This document shows, piece after piece, positions 46,026 through 56,420 of a stretch of DNA of 64,000 nt. The notes beneath the pieces are model-generated. The model worked only from the letters and a program-made list of their open reading frames with translations, was not told the origin of the DNA and made no database searches. How positions within the stretch are numbered: the stretch's first letter is position 1; the number at the start of each line of letters is the position of its first letter. Source of the DNA: Actinomycetota bacterium (GTDB lineage: Bacteria; Actinomycetota; Acidimicrobiia; IMCC26256; PALSA-610); the NCBI GenBank assembly GCA_005779395.1, contig SXJP01000028.1, positions 1 through 64,000 of the forward strand. The letters run 5' to 3'. Both the position numbers and the translations under genes were made by a program.

Positions 46026-46913
46026 TCACGAGCGCGTACGGCGAGCGATACGCAGAACAATTTCGCGAACTGCTCTGTCGGCCATCGACAATTGCGCCCC
46101 CGATGCCGCGACTAGCGCGAGTCTTCGTTGTGGCATGTCGGCGATCGGAATGACCCGAATGCCAGGAGCGTCAGGCGGCACGGCGGTTGTTGGGATAATG
46201 CTTACCCCTGTGCCTGCAGCCACGAGGTCTGCAATAAGTCTGACGCCTTCGACCTCAACGGGAACGTGGAAGTCAAGTCCTTGAACTGCTGCAGAGTTTT
46301 GAATTTCCTCACGCATTGGATTTCCTGCTGGCGGAAGAATCATCGGATGTTTTGCGAGGTCTTCAAGACTTACCGAACGTGAATGCCGCATCTTCAACGA
46401 ACTTGGGACAACGGCTACAAGGTCCTCATTGAGTAGGTGCTCAAATACAAGCCGCGAGTCGCTGACATGTTCGGTTACGACAGCTTGCGCGATCTCGCGT
46501 TCGGCTACCTCTACAGCGAGCCGCTCTGATGCTCCCTCGTTGACGCGCATCGCGACCCCCGGTGCCTCAGCGCGAAGAGTCGCTACGAGTTCCGGCACTA
46601 GCCACCGGCTGACAGTTCCCACTACGCCAAGCGTGGCATGACCGGCTTCAAGACCAAGCAGCATCGACACGTCCTCGCGCATCGCCACGATTTCTGCATG
46701 GATGCGACGCGCGCGCTCAAGTACCACCACGCCAAACTCTGTTGGTGTTGCGCCACGCTTGTTGCGCACAAGGAGAGTCACTCCGAGTTCAGACTCAAGC
46801 TGGCGAATCGTGTCTGACACATTCGACTGGACAGTGTGCATGGCGTCTGCAGCAGCGGTAAAAGAGCGGAAATCGTCTATTGCGACGAGGGTATCTAAGT
46901 GCCTAAGGTCCAT
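46026..46913 (-). CDS. LysR-family transcriptional regulator
   Basis: N-terminal HTH LRHLDTLVAIDDFRSFTAAADAMHTVQSNVSDTIRQLE. Confidence 0.85.
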   Translation of the reverse strand: MDLRHLDTLVAIDDFRSFTAAADAMHTVQSNVSDTIRQLESELGVTLLVRNKRGATPTEFGVVVLERARRIHAEIVAMREDVSMLLGLEAGHATLGVVGTVSRWLVPELVATLRAEAPGVAMRVNEGASERLAVEVAEREIAQAVVTEHVSDSRLVFEHLLNEDLVAVVPSSLKMRHSRSVSLEDLAKHPMILPPAGNPMREEIQNSAAVQGLDFHVPVEVEGVRLIADLVAAGTGVSIIPTTAVPPDAPGIRVIPIADMPQRRLALVAASGAQLSMADRAVREIVLRIARRTRS

Positions 46914-47194
46914 TGTTCTGCTTCCGATCTATGTGAGAAGCGGTGTGATTACAGCGTGGCGTGGTACCACAACGCCATTTTCGCCACGCATTGTGAACTA
47001 TCGATCATACTGATGGATTCTATCTGTCTGAACTGTTTGACAGATAGGGTTGTGAACGTGTTCACTAGTAGGACGCAAGACTGAACTACTCGAAGCGCAA
47101 GAGTTCCGAGGCTGTTAGTTCACACGAGATTTATCCAGCTACCTACCCCAGCGACCACAAGTGAGTGGCGTTGAGGAACGAAGGGGAAATTCAA

Positions 47195-47539
47195 ATGACT
47201 ACTGAAACCGCATCATTCATCTTTGGCGGAGTCCTCGAATGGACAACTGACTCCGCATGTGCGGGCAACACGAAACTGTTTTTCGCCCCGCCAGGCGAGC
47301 GTCCAGAAGCGCGCACAGTGCGCGAGTCGCAGGCGCGTTCAATCTGCGCAGGATGTGAAGTCCTCGTCGACTGCCGTGCATGGGCTCGCGAGAACCGCGA
47401 GTACGGCTTCTGGGGTGGGGAGTCAGAGGAAGAGCGTGCTGCCGCTGGTTATCGCGTGGATATGCCTGTTGGTCGCGTTGCGCGTTACCCACGCGGTAAC
47501 GGCGAGCCTGTCGCTCCACGCGACGCTCGCATCGCATAA
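47195..47539 (+). CDS. whiB: WhiB-family (Wbl) Fe-S transcription factor
   Basis: C-x29-CAGC-x5-C four-Cys pattern with FFAPPGE and GFWGGESEEER. Confidence 0.85.
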   Translation: MTTETASFIFGGVLEWTTDSACAGNTKLFFAPPGERPEARTVRESQARSICAGCEVLVDCRAWARENREYGFWGGESEEERAAAGYRVDMPVGRVARYPRGNGEPVAPRDARIA

Positions 47540-47598
47540 GCGTCGCTGGCTAGCACCGTTGCCACCGCTCGTAGCGGGACTGCGTAGATTGCAGACCC

Positions 47599-48645
47599 AT
47601 GACAGACCACGTGGCAATCGACGGCCTCGACCTCGAACGACTCCGCAAGTACTTCGCCGATAACGTCCCCGCCTCAACAGGGGAAGCGTTATCGGCGTCT
47701 TTAATTTCAGGTGGGAAATCCAACCTCACCTACTCGATTTCTGATGGCACTTCGACTTGGGTCTTGAGGCGTCCACCGCTTGGCCACGTGTTGCCAACCG
47801 CACACGACATGGCGCGCGAGTACAGAGTCATCAATGCGCTAGGCGCAACCGAAGTACCTGTTCCGAAGGCTTACGCGTTTTGCGATGACCTCGAGGTAAA
47901 TGGCGCGCCTTTTTATGTAATGGAACTCGTGACGGGGCGCGTTTGTCGAACTCAGTCAGATGTCGCGGGATTCAGTGCTGACGATGCACGGCGCTGTTCC
48001 GCCGAACTCGTAGATGTTCTTGCAGCAATACACAAAGTGGACTATCAGACCGTTGGTCTCGCAGATTTCGGGCGACCGGACGGGTATCTCGAACGTCAAG
48101 TTCGACGCTGGAACAGGCAATGGCAATCGTCACTAGAAGCAGGATGCCCCGACGTCACCGCCGTCACCGAACTATCACGTCGACTTGCTGAGCCGGTACC
48201 GCAGTCGCCACCGCCGACCATCGTCCACGGCGACTACAGGCTCGACAACACGATGTTGTCTGCTACCGATGCTGGCAAAGTCATCGCCGTTCTCGACTGG
48301 GAGATGAGCACGATCGGCGATCCGCTCGCAGATCTCGGGCTCTTCTTGTTGTATTGGGGCGGCAGTTCAACCGCAGCCTCCGTGGTTACCGGCGCAGCTG
48401 TGAGTACCGAAGCTGGGTTCATGAGTCGTCACGAAATCGTTGACCGTTACGCGAAAGCAACTTCTATCAACATGGATTCCCTCGAGTGGTACGAAATCTT
48501 TGCGGCGTTCAAGCTCGCAGTCATCGTGGCTGGAATCCAGGCTCGCTACCTAATGGGCATGACTCGCGGCGAAGGTTTCGACGGCATGGGCGAGATGGTC
48601 CGCCATCTTTCAGAAGGCGCTCTCGAAAGATTCGGTCGCTCCTGA
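47599..48645 (+). CDS. Phosphotransferase (APH/ChoK-like kinase) family protein
   Basis: HGDYRLDNTM catalytic loop and DWEMSTIGDPLADL. Confidence 0.75.
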   Translation: MTDHVAIDGLDLERLRKYFADNVPASTGEALSASLISGGKSNLTYSISDGTSTWVLRRPPLGHVLPTAHDMAREYRVINALGATEVPVPKAYAFCDDLEVNGAPFYVMELVTGRVCRTQSDVAGFSADDARRCSAELVDVLAAIHKVDYQTVGLADFGRPDGYLERQVRRWNRQWQSSLEAGCPDVTAVTELSRRLAEPVPQSPPPTIVHGDYRLDNTMLSATDAGKVIAVLDWEMSTIGDPLADLGLFLLYWGGSSTAASVVTGAAVSTEAGFMSRHEIVDRYAKATSINMDSLEWYEIFAAFKLAVIVAGIQARYLMGMTRGEGFDGMGEMVRHLSEGALERFGRS

Positions 48646-49839
48646 CAACTGCTCGATCTGCGGTCGTCTGAGCGAAGTGCGAGAAATAGCGCACGCGACA
48701 AATACTGCGATTGGCGCGGCTAACGCGATCGGGGCACGCCGTGTTGCTTCGGCAGCTAATGCGATCGATGCGATCGGAATTCGATAACCAGCAGCCCAGG
48801 CGGCGAACGCTCCAACCATCACGGAAACAACCGGCGAAACGCCAAAAGGTTGTGAGACCAACCTCCCGGTCAGGCCGCCAAGCATCAAAAGAGGCATAGC
48901 GAGTCCCCCGCAACCGCGCGCTGCGACCGTTGCTGTGATCCCGATGACCCGGGCAACCAGCACCAACGCAATAATCCACGCGCCCGTCTTGAGATCCATC
49001 GCGACACGAAATAGCTCCTTGCCCGGCGAAGTAGCAAGCGCCACCGATTCGACGGACGACACCAAAAGGGCGATTCCAGCCACGACAGCCGTGGACCCGA
49101 CAAGGAAAACGCCACGCGGTTCACAACGACCAACCCAGCGGAGAGCGCAGGCAAATAGTTCTACAACAACGCCGACTGCGACCCCTGTTGTGATAACTGC
49201 GCCGAGAAGATTCACAGACCATCCAAGCCCACCAAGGCGATCAAATCTGACGCTACTCCCGTGGCGCCACCACGAGAGGAGAAACCCAGGTAGTGAACCG
49301 CACAACGCCAACGGCACTTTTGTCCATCGTCGCAGCGAGCCTCCCGGAATTTCGACTGCGAATAGCGCTCCAGCCAGAGGAGCGCGAAACAAGGCTGCGA
49401 CGGCTCCAGCGACGCCAGCCGCCATGACCTCGCGCCGCGCCAAACTCGAAGAGCGACGCGCCACAACATCACCTACGACTGCACCCCCATAACCGACCGG
49501 TCCTTCGAACCCGAGCGGTGCCCCACTCGCCAATGTGGCGCAGGTCGCTACTAGTCGTGCAAGCGCAGTGCGCAACGGGAGCCTCTCTCCGTCTCGCAGC
49601 GCTTCGATCATGTCGTCAGCCATCGCACCGTTTGTTCGTGTGCGCGTCAAGATGATCGCCGAGAAGCAGAGCCCAACGGCAACTACCCCGGTTGCAACCC
49701 ATACGGACTGGCGCGACAAGATCGGTGCAGCTAGGTATACAACTAACCACTCAAGACCGACCGTGATGGCTCCACCTAATATGCCAGCCACTATGCGCGG
49801 CGTAACCCCGACAGCAGTATCGGTTGCTTTCACACGCAA
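48610..49839 (-). CDS. ClC-family chloride channel / H+-Cl- antiporter (tentative)
   Basis: LGFEGP (GxEGP selectivity motif) and FRAPLAGALFAVE. Polytopic. Confidence 0.55.
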   Translation of the reverse strand: MRVKATDTAVGVTPRIVAGILGGAITVGLEWLVVYLAAPILSRQSVWVATGVVAVGLCFSAIILTRTRTNGAMADDMIEALRDGERLPLRTALARLVATCATLASGAPLGFEGPVGYGGAVVGDVVARRSSSLARREVMAAGVAGAVAALFRAPLAGALFAVEIPGGSLRRWTKVPLALCGSLPGFLLSWWRHGSSVRFDRLGGLGWSVNLLGAVITTGVAVGVVVELFACALRWVGRCEPRGVFLVGSTAVVAGIALLVSSVESVALATSPGKELFRVAMDLKTGAWIIALVLVARVIGITATVAARGCGGLAMPLLMLGGLTGRLVSQPFGVSPVVSVMVGAFAAWAAGYRIPIASIALAAEATRRAPIALAAPIAVFVACAISRTSLRRPQIEQLSGATESFESAF

Positions 49840-50702
49840 TCGAGCGCGTCTCGCAGCACCATAAGGTTCGAATTCATGATCGAGAAGTAGTCATCACCGC
49901 TTTCGACTTGCGATTCAGTCAAGCCTTCGAGCGGGTTGAGTACTGCGACTTGTAAGTTGCCAACTTCTTGCGCGAGCGCTTCGGCAATCTCAGGTGACAG
50001 CAAACTCTCCGCGAATATTGTTGTAGCTCCAGACGCCGTCGCTAGATCGGCTAGCTCAACAAGCCGTTCTGGACCGGGTTCTGAATTTGGGTTGACAGCC
50101 GCTACGCCGTGGGCAACAAGGCCGTACTGCAGACCGAACCAGGCGAAAGAGTCGTGAGCTGTGAAGAGGTCGCGTCGTTCACATGAAGCGAGACCTGATT
50201 CAAGATCGGCATTCAGAGTCGCAAGCTCAGTCTTCAAGCGGTTCGCTTCTGTGTGGTAGCTCTCGCTCTTCTCGGCATCGACGGCACCGAGCGCGCTGTC
50301 GATTGCATCGACGATAACTCTCATCTTGTCTGGGTCGAGCCACACGTGTGGATCCGCTGCCTCCGGGTCATCGAACAAGTCAAGAATCGACAAAGTCGTT
50401 GCTCCACCATTTTTTGCGGCGGTCTCTACACCGGGCTGAAACCCGTTGCCCATAACGATGACAAGATCGGCCTCGGAGATTGCACTCAATTGTTTGGGAG
50501 TGAGTTCGAGTTCGTGCGGTTCGGTGCCCGCCGAGGTCAAGTTGGCAACTGAAACGTCGTCCCCGCCGATTTGTTCGGCCACAAATGCGAGCGGGTAAAA
50601 CGACGCAACAACTTTGATCCCATCAGTTTCTTGTGTTGCACCTCCAGCGCAGGCGCCCACGAACGTCAGGACCATGGCCAAGACAACAGTTCCCCTCAAC
50701 AT
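49830..50702 (-). CDS. Metal ABC-transporter substrate-binding lipoprotein (TroA/ZnuA cluster-9 family). No cognate permease or ATPase genes are adjacent.
   Basis: MLRGTVVLAMVLTFVGACAGG lipobox. DPHVWLDP motif. No His-rich loop. The ORF-track N-terminal extension was trimmed. Confidence 0.75.
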   Translation of the reverse strand: MLRGTVVLAMVLTFVGACAGGATQETDGIKVVASFYPLAFVAEQIGGDDVSVANLTSAGTEPHELELTPKQLSAISEADLVIVMGNGFQPGVETAAKNGGATTLSILDLFDDPEAADPHVWLDPDKMRVIVDAIDSALGAVDAEKSESYHTEANRLKTELATLNADLESGLASCERRDLFTAHDSFAWFGLQYGLVAHGVAAVNPNSEPGPERLVELADLATASGATTIFAESLLSPEIAEALAQEVGNLQVAVLNPLEGLTESQVESGDDYFSIMNSNLMVLRDALDCV

Positions 50703-50784
50703 GCCGACAATTGTGCAGACGTCGCGCGGTATTCGCAAATTGGCGCAAACAAGCATCGTGGTCTTGCTCTCATAACATCGGAAC

Positions 50785-51777
50785 ATGACCACATGGGCGG
50801 TCGAACCGAGCCTCCGTGACCCAGTGTTGGTCTGTGCCTTCGAGGGCTGGAACGACGCAGCCAACGCAGCCACTGACGCCCTTCGGTTCTTGATCCGCCA
50901 ACTCAACGCCACCGACATCGGCGGAGTCGATGCCGAGTCGTACTTCGACTTCCAGGCCGCACGACCCCAGGTCGAGATCGCTAACGGCGTAATCAAGAAG
51001 ATTCGATGGCCGAATACTCGCTTCGCAATTGCACGCGTAGCGAGAGCGGAGCGCGATCTGGTCCTCGTTATGGGCGTGGAGCCGAACCTGAAATGGCCGG
51101 CGTTTTGTTCTGAGATTCTCGAGATGGCGGCCGGACTCGGTTGCTCGATGGCAGTCACCCTCGGCGCCCTGCTCGGAGATGCACCGCATTCTCGACCGGT
51201 TCGCGTAACAGGAACAGCCGATGCAGAACTCAGTGCGCGACTCGGGTTGCAAAAATCCAGCTACAGAGGACCGACCGGCATCGTCGGAATCCTCACGGAT
51301 TGCAGTCGTCGCGTCGGCATGCCAACAGTTTCTCTCTGGGCACCCGTTCCCCACTATGTCGCGACTGCACCTAGCCCGATGGCAACACACGCGTTATTGG
51401 ACCGCCTAGCTCAACTAACGGGGATCCCGCTTCCGTTGCAATCTCTCGAGATCGCTGGCCGCGGATGGCAGCAGCAGGTAACCGAGGCGATCAACGACGA
51501 CAACATCTTGAACTATGTGCGAGAGCTCGAAGATAGCTACGACCATGGCGACCCGGACGATATCGACGTAATCGACGAGGACAATTCAGAAGAGATTGAC
51601 TTCGATGAGTCGTTGGGCTGGGGTGCCTATACAGGCGAGTACGAGGACGAGGACGACGACTACGAGGACGACGACCACGAAGAAGACGATCTCCCGTCGG
51701 GCGACGCGATTGCTCGCGAGTTAGAGAAGTACCTCCGCGAAAATGGCGACGACGAACCGCCTTTGGCTAACGACTGA
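50785..51777 (+). CDS. PAC2-family protein (proteasome assembly chaperone-like, actinobacterial) with a long acidic C-terminal tail
   Basis: LVCAFEGWNDAANAA N-terminal motif. The tail is EYEDEDDDYEDDDHEEDD. Confidence 0.6.
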   Translation: MTTWAVEPSLRDPVLVCAFEGWNDAANAATDALRFLIRQLNATDIGGVDAESYFDFQAARPQVEIANGVIKKIRWPNTRFAIARVARAERDLVLVMGVEPNLKWPAFCSEILEMAAGLGCSMAVTLGALLGDAPHSRPVRVTGTADAELSARLGLQKSSYRGPTGIVGILTDCSRRVGMPTVSLWAPVPHYVATAPSPMATHALLDRLAQLTGIPLPLQSLEIAGRGWQQQVTEAINDDNILNYVRELEDSYDHGDPDDIDVIDEDNSEEIDFDESLGWGAYTGEYEDEDDDYEDDDHEEDDLPSGDAIARELEKYLRENGDDEPPLAND

Positions 51778-53134
51778 TCGAGTCGGCCAAGTAGTCGCGC
51801 GCCACTGCTTCCCAAAGCTCTGTAGAAAGCGCAAGCGACTCGACATCGACACGTTCGTCGTTGCCATGGAACATCGTTGAGTAATCCTCAAGGCTCATTC
51901 GCTGGCTGAACAAGCCGAACCCATATGCGGTTGAACCTTGGCGACGAAAAAAACGCGCATCTGTTGCCCCGACCATTAGAAAAGGAACGAGAGAGGATCC
52001 TCCAACCAGCCGACCAGTAACGCGACTGAGACTTTCCCAAAGTTGTGTGTCGCGCGGCGATGAAGTTGATTCGCCATCGTCTGAAGAAAGAATCTCGACC
52101 ATTGGCATTAGGTCACCTATCGCGTGCTCAAGCATCTTGCGAACTTCTGCCGTGTTCTGGCCGGGAAGAGTGCGGATATCAATTTCGATCGAAACTTCGT
52201 CGGGGATGACATTGGTTTTCGTGCCACCCCGAATAATTGTCGGAGCGAATGTCGTATGCGTACACGCATGAGCTTGACGTGCGATGCCTACTGGAAGAGC
52301 GCCACAAAAGTCCCAGAGTGCTTCAGCATCCGTAAGAGGATCAGAGATCTCCTTCGGAAATATGCCTGTGACGAAATCGCGCCAAGTCTCGTGAATCATC
52401 GTGGGTGGCCGATAGTCGGCGACCCGACGAACGATCTCTGCTGCGGTCACAAGAGCGTTGTCTGTGCGGAAAGGTTGGCTCGCGTGACCTGGAGTGCCTC
52501 GAACGATGACCTGACACCAGTAGCTACCTTTTTCGCCAATGGTCACAGGCAATTTCGGACCGTCAGCCGTCGGGATCTGAACACCACCAGACTCTGTAAT
52601 CACTGCATCAGCCATAATCGCTGAGCGCTCATTATTCAAGAGATGTTCGGCACCGTATGTAGCCATATTTTCTTCGTCAGCAACCCCTAAGTAGATGAGA
52701 GTTCCCTTCGGACGAAAACCTGAACGCGCCAAGTTCTTAACTGCGACGGCCATCGATGCCGTTAGGTTCAGCATGTCTACTGCGCCGCGACCCCACACAA
52801 CCTTGTGGCCGCCGACATCGACGACTTCACCGCCGAAAGGATCGCGAGTCCAATTATCGGCATTGACGGGGACGACATCGGTATGCCCCATGAGTAGCAA
52901 CGACGGTGCCGTTGGATCGGTTCCCTCGATGCGAGCGACGATGCTGTCGCGCCCCTCTCGCGCTCTGAAGCGTTGCGTGTCGAGTCCTGACGACCCTAGG
53001 TACTGCTCAAGGACGTCGGCACTGCGTGACTCGAAACCGCTGTCGGGTGTCCCATCGTTGACGCAAGCGTTTCGGATTAAATGCTGTAGAAGGTCGGTGA
53101 CTTCGTGCTCTGTTGAACTTTCCACAGCAGTCAT
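51767..53134 (-). CDS. M20-family metallopeptidase (ArgE/DapE/dipeptidase-like)
   Basis: LLLMGHTDVVPV and GVADEENMATYGAEHLL. Confidence 0.8.
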   Translation of the reverse strand: MTAVESSTEHEVTDLLQHLIRNACVNDGTPDSGFESRSADVLEQYLGSSGLDTQRFRAREGRDSIVARIEGTDPTAPSLLLMGHTDVVPVNADNWTRDPFGGEVVDVGGHKVVWGRGAVDMLNLTASMAVAVKNLARSGFRPKGTLIYLGVADEENMATYGAEHLLNNERSAIMADAVITESGGVQIPTADGPKLPVTIGEKGSYWCQVIVRGTPGHASQPFRTDNALVTAAEIVRRVADYRPPTMIHETWRDFVTGIFPKEISDPLTDAEALWDFCGALPVGIARQAHACTHTTFAPTIIRGGTKTNVIPDEVSIEIDIRTLPGQNTAEVRKMLEHAIGDLMPMVEILSSDDGESTSSPRDTQLWESLSRVTGRLVGGSSLVPFLMVGATDARFFRRQGSTAYGFGLFSQRMSLEDYSTMFHGNDERVDVESLALSTELWEAVARDYLADSISR

Positions 53135-53169
53135 GTCCCTCGCCCTCGCTCTTGCCGTTTGCTTTGAAC

Positions 53170-54402
53170 CTAACCCTCGGATGGGACAGGCTCGGCACGA
53201 AAATGCAAGATGCCATCGACATCGAAACTCTCGGCCTGCCCACTGAATTGCAGATGCATCAGATGCGCGAAGGTTTCGCTCTCGGCCATAACACCCCAGT
53301 GGCGTTTCGGGAATACCTCACGGGATAATGCTTGCACTGTTGCTGGGCCAAGCGACAAGGAAGCGGAGCGCAAGAACTCCATGCGCTCAAAGTGGTGCTC
53401 TTTTATGGCCTCGACACGGCCAGGTACATCGTCAAAGATTTCACCATGTGCGGGTAGGCCGAGTTTCACGCCAGGCAAACGGGCTACGAGATCAAGCGTC
53501 GACAAGTAACTGTTGAGAGAGTCTGCCTTGCCGACGCCAGAAACATGCGGAGTAATCGTCGGCAAGACATGATCACCAGCTAGGAGTGTTCCGGTTTCCT
53601 GGTCGTATAAGCAGAGGTGATCGACCGTGTGGCCGGGCGTGTGCACAGCTTGGAAGTCGCGGCCTGCTAACGAAATAGTCGCACCATGCTTGACTCGCTC
53701 GGTTGGTTCTGGCGGGACGAACAGCAAGCGCATCGCACGAATCATCATCCGGCGCTTCCATGGAGGTCCAGGGTTGGTAGAACCCCAAGGCGTAGGCGAA
53801 CCCCATGGGCGGGTCGCGTGCGCCGGTGCATTGTCGTGACTATGCCCAGGGTGATCGTGGCCGTGATCGTGGCCACTGTTTACGACGTCGCCAAGCGTCG
53901 GGATCTCATATGGATTGACATCGAGGCTCTGCGCGATTGCAGCCGCGGCGGTCTCGAGTTCTTCTGCTTCGTGCAGACTGATCGTGCGCGTGGCGCTCGG
54001 GCCTTTGACAGTCCATGTCGAGAACGATTCGTGAGTTACGAGCCTTCCGCCGCTCTCTTTGACGATGCGCCCGGCACCGCCGAAGTGGTCGGGGTGCGAG
54101 TGTGTGACGATCACGGTATGCACGTCTTTGACTTTGTAGCCAGCCGACTTGAGTCGCGCCTTCAATGCCTTCCAACTCTTCGGACCGGGAAGGCCTGGAT
54201 CAACTACAGCGATTCCCTTGTCGTCAATAAGCCCGTACATGTTGACGTGACCGAGGCCTGGCATCCATATCGGAAGTTGCATACGGATCATGCCCGGCGC
54301 GACTTCGATTATTTCTTCGCTCGCCGGTAGCTGCTCAGTTTTAGGTGGTCTCGCCGGCACATGATCTGGGGCCGGTGAGTGCCCGTGGGTCACTCCCGTC
54401 AT
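53170..54402 (-). CDS. MBL-fold metallo-hydrolase
   Basis: VIVTHSHPDHFGGAG HxHxDH motif. The N-terminus was trimmed to MTGVTHG to remove overlap with the amidase gene. Confidence 0.75.
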   Translation of the reverse strand: MTGVTHGHSPAPDHVPARPPKTEQLPASEEIIEVAPGMIRMQLPIWMPGLGHVNMYGLIDDKGIAVVDPGLPGPKSWKALKARLKSAGYKVKDVHTVIVTHSHPDHFGGAGRIVKESGGRLVTHESFSTWTVKGPSATRTISLHEAEELETAAAAIAQSLDVNPYEIPTLGDVVNSGHDHGHDHPGHSHDNAPAHATRPWGSPTPWGSTNPGPPWKRRMMIRAMRLLFVPPEPTERVKHGATISLAGRDFQAVHTPGHTVDHLCLYDQETGTLLAGDHVLPTITPHVSGVGKADSLNSYLSTLDLVARLPGVKLGLPAHGEIFDDVPGRVEAIKEHHFERMEFLRSASLSLGPATVQALSREVFPKRHWGVMAESETFAHLMHLQFSGQAESFDVDGILHFRAEPVPSEG

Positions 54403-54451
54403 GTGGCCGATGCTACAGACGCGTCGGCCAAATTCTTTGTGTGGACATCGG

Positions 54452-55885
54452 CTACCCGATGAGTAATTCGGGTGCTTTGAGCCGCGGCCGTGACCGCTCT
54501 GACAAAAGGCCCAACGCCAGTACGAGTTCATCCATGTGGCGGCGGGTGATGGCCTGTAACCCGATCGGCAATCCTTCGCTGTTCAATCCACACGGTATCG
54601 AAACGCCAGGTTGGCCAGAAATATTGAAGGGCGCAGTGAACGGCACAGAACCCATGCCACTTACCTTTTGGCCAGCAATTTCTGATGGCGGTGGGCCTGC
54701 TGCATCGAACGCGACCGTGGCGGTTGTTGGCGTAAACAAGATGTCGATGTCGTCGAAGACCCGCGCGATTGCGGCAAGAATTTCTGCACGGCGCTTGTAT
54801 GCGTGCACAATGTCGTCGATCGTGACCCGTTCACACCACTCCATGCCGCCGCGCACTACTGGCGTTAGGTCATCGAACCTGCCGCGAGCTACTGCTAGGT
54901 GATCAGCCGCTGTCGAAAGAGACGAGAGCAGGCTCCATGCCATGCCGGGACGTGGAATCCGAACGTCGACATCGACGAGCTTGAGTCGAGCGGCGGCCGC
55001 AAGTTCGATTGCCGCAGCGTGCGACTGTTCTTCGACCTCTGGGTCGGTCACTGCGAAGCCGAGCGTGCTCGACCATGCTGCGCGTAGTCCGCGAAGCGCT
55101 GCGATCGGCTCACCGCTCAATAGTTGTTGCTCGTACGGCACAGCGTTGCGTGCGGTGGATGTCGGGTCATTGACCGTCGGACCACCGACTACATCGACGT
55201 AACGGGCAGCGTCTAGAACTGTGCGTGCCATTGGTCCAGGAACCGATGTGAGGGACGAATCGAAGCCTTCCGGGTCGCTACCAATTTTTCCAAACGTCAC
55301 CTTGTAGCCGAACAGACCGCAATATGAAGACGGGATACGGATAGAACCGCCACCATCGCCACCGGTTGCAATAGGGACCATCCCGCTAGCAACCGCTGCG
55401 CCAGAGCCACCCGAGGAACCACCCGGCGTCCGGGTCACATCCCATGGGTTACGAGTGATGCCATGAATCTTGGTCCGTGTCCAGTTCGTAGAACCGAACT
55501 CTGGGGACGTGGTCTTTCCGACTATCACAGCGCCAGCACTCCGCAGCCGCGCTACCTCGGTGCAGTCATGGTCAGCGATCTGGCCCTCGTAGAGCAACGA
55601 CCCATGAGTGTCGGATAGCCCTTTCACTGCCGCTAGTTCTTTGACCCCGATCGGCACTCCAGCAAAAAGCCCTGGGTCTTCGCCGCGGGCGATGCGCGCA
55701 TCGATCGCCGAAGCCTGCGCTCGCGCTCCTTGCACATCTAGGTCGCACCAAGCATTGAGATGTGGCTCGATCCTTTCGATGCGATCGAGGTAGACGTCAA
55801 GGACATCGGACGCTGCGAGTTTCCCGGCGCGTATCGCGTCGGCTAGTTCGCATGCGGAAGATTCGAGGATTTCTTCGGCGCTCAT
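54452..55885 (-). CDS. Amidase (amidase-signature family)
   Basis: [45 protein letters not shown] signature. The start was trimmed to MSAEEIL. Confidence 0.85.
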   Translation of the reverse strand: MSAEEILESSACELADAIRAGKLAASDVLDVYLDRIERIEPHLNAWCDLDVQGARAQASAIDARIARGEDPGLFAGVPIGVKELAAVKGLSDTHGSLLYEGQIADHDCTEVARLRSAGAVIVGKTTSPEFGSTNWTRTKIHGITRNPWDVTRTPGGSSGGSGAAVASGMVPIATGGDGGGSIRIPSSYCGLFGYKVTFGKIGSDPEGFDSSLTSVPGPMARTVLDAARYVDVVGGPTVNDPTSTARNAVPYEQQLLSGEPIAALRGLRAAWSSTLGFAVTDPEVEEQSHAAAIELAAAARLKLVDVDVRIPRPGMAWSLLSSLSTAADHLAVARGRFDDLTPVVRGGMEWCERVTIDDIVHAYKRRAEILAAIARVFDDIDILFTPTTATVAFDAAGPPPSEIAGQKVSGMGSVPFTAPFNISGQPGVSIPCGLNSEGLPIGLQAITRRHMDELVLALGLLSERSRPRLKAPELLIG

Positions 55886-55916
55886 AAACCCGAATAGTAG
55901 GACTACCCTCAGAGTC

Positions 55917-56420
55917 GTGGCAGACCTCGTAGCGACAACTCTCTGGACTATCTCACCGCCCGTGATAATCGCGCTCGACAGCGTATTCGGCGGTCCTGTC
56001 GACTCATATGTAAATGGTTCGCAGGTTTGGTTGAGTAACGATGGCCCTAACACAGCAATGCTCGAATGGCGTCTGCATCCGGTTTCTAAGTACCGCACGC
56101 CAGAAGGACTCTCGCATTACGACGTATGGGAAGCAGTGATCTCTGCAATTTCTGCGAACCCTGCAGCTCCCCCAGAGTTTCAAATTCCGTTGGGCAAAGA
56201 GTCTCGGCCGCTAGCAGAATTATGGGAAGGTCTCGAATGTTTCTGCGCATACGGCGAAGACGTCGAGCCGAATCCGCTCGCGCAAGCAGCGCAAAGCGCG
56301 TTAGGAATCGAGCCTGACTATTTCGGTCTCGTAGATCATGAGGCGCTCGGCGCAGAGTTCGAACGAAGCGGCGGCGCCGTGAATCTCGTTTCGTTACTTA
56401 TTGGTCAGCTTCGGCGCTAG
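55917..56420 (+). CDS. Hypothetical protein (167 aa)
   Basis: Clean ORF divergent from the amidase gene. No motif recognised. Confidence 0.4.
   Translation: MADLVATTLWTISPPVIIALDSVFGGPVDSYVNGSQVWLSNDGPNTAMLEWRLHPVSKYRTPEGLSHYDVWEAVISAISANPAAPPEFQIPLGKESRPLAELWEGLECFCAYGEDVEPNPLAQAAQSALGIEPDYFGLVDHEALGAEFERSGGAVNLVSLLIGQLRR

Noticed and set aside
50703-51158. 442-aa extended N-terminus of the metal-binding lipoprotein ORF
   Set aside because: The extension has no coding character and overlaps the divergent PAC2 gene. The lipobox start MLRGTVVLAMVLTFVGACAGG at 50702 is the sensible start.
54403-54531. N-terminal extension of the MBL hydrolase that overlaps the amidase gene by 80 nt
   Set aside because: Starting at the internal Met (MTGVTHG) removes the overlap. 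The extension is Cys/Arg-rich and non-conserved looking.
55886-56098. 71-aa N-terminal extension of the amidase ORF
   Set aside because: The amidase family begins near MSAEEIL. The extension would overlap the divergent gene at 55917.
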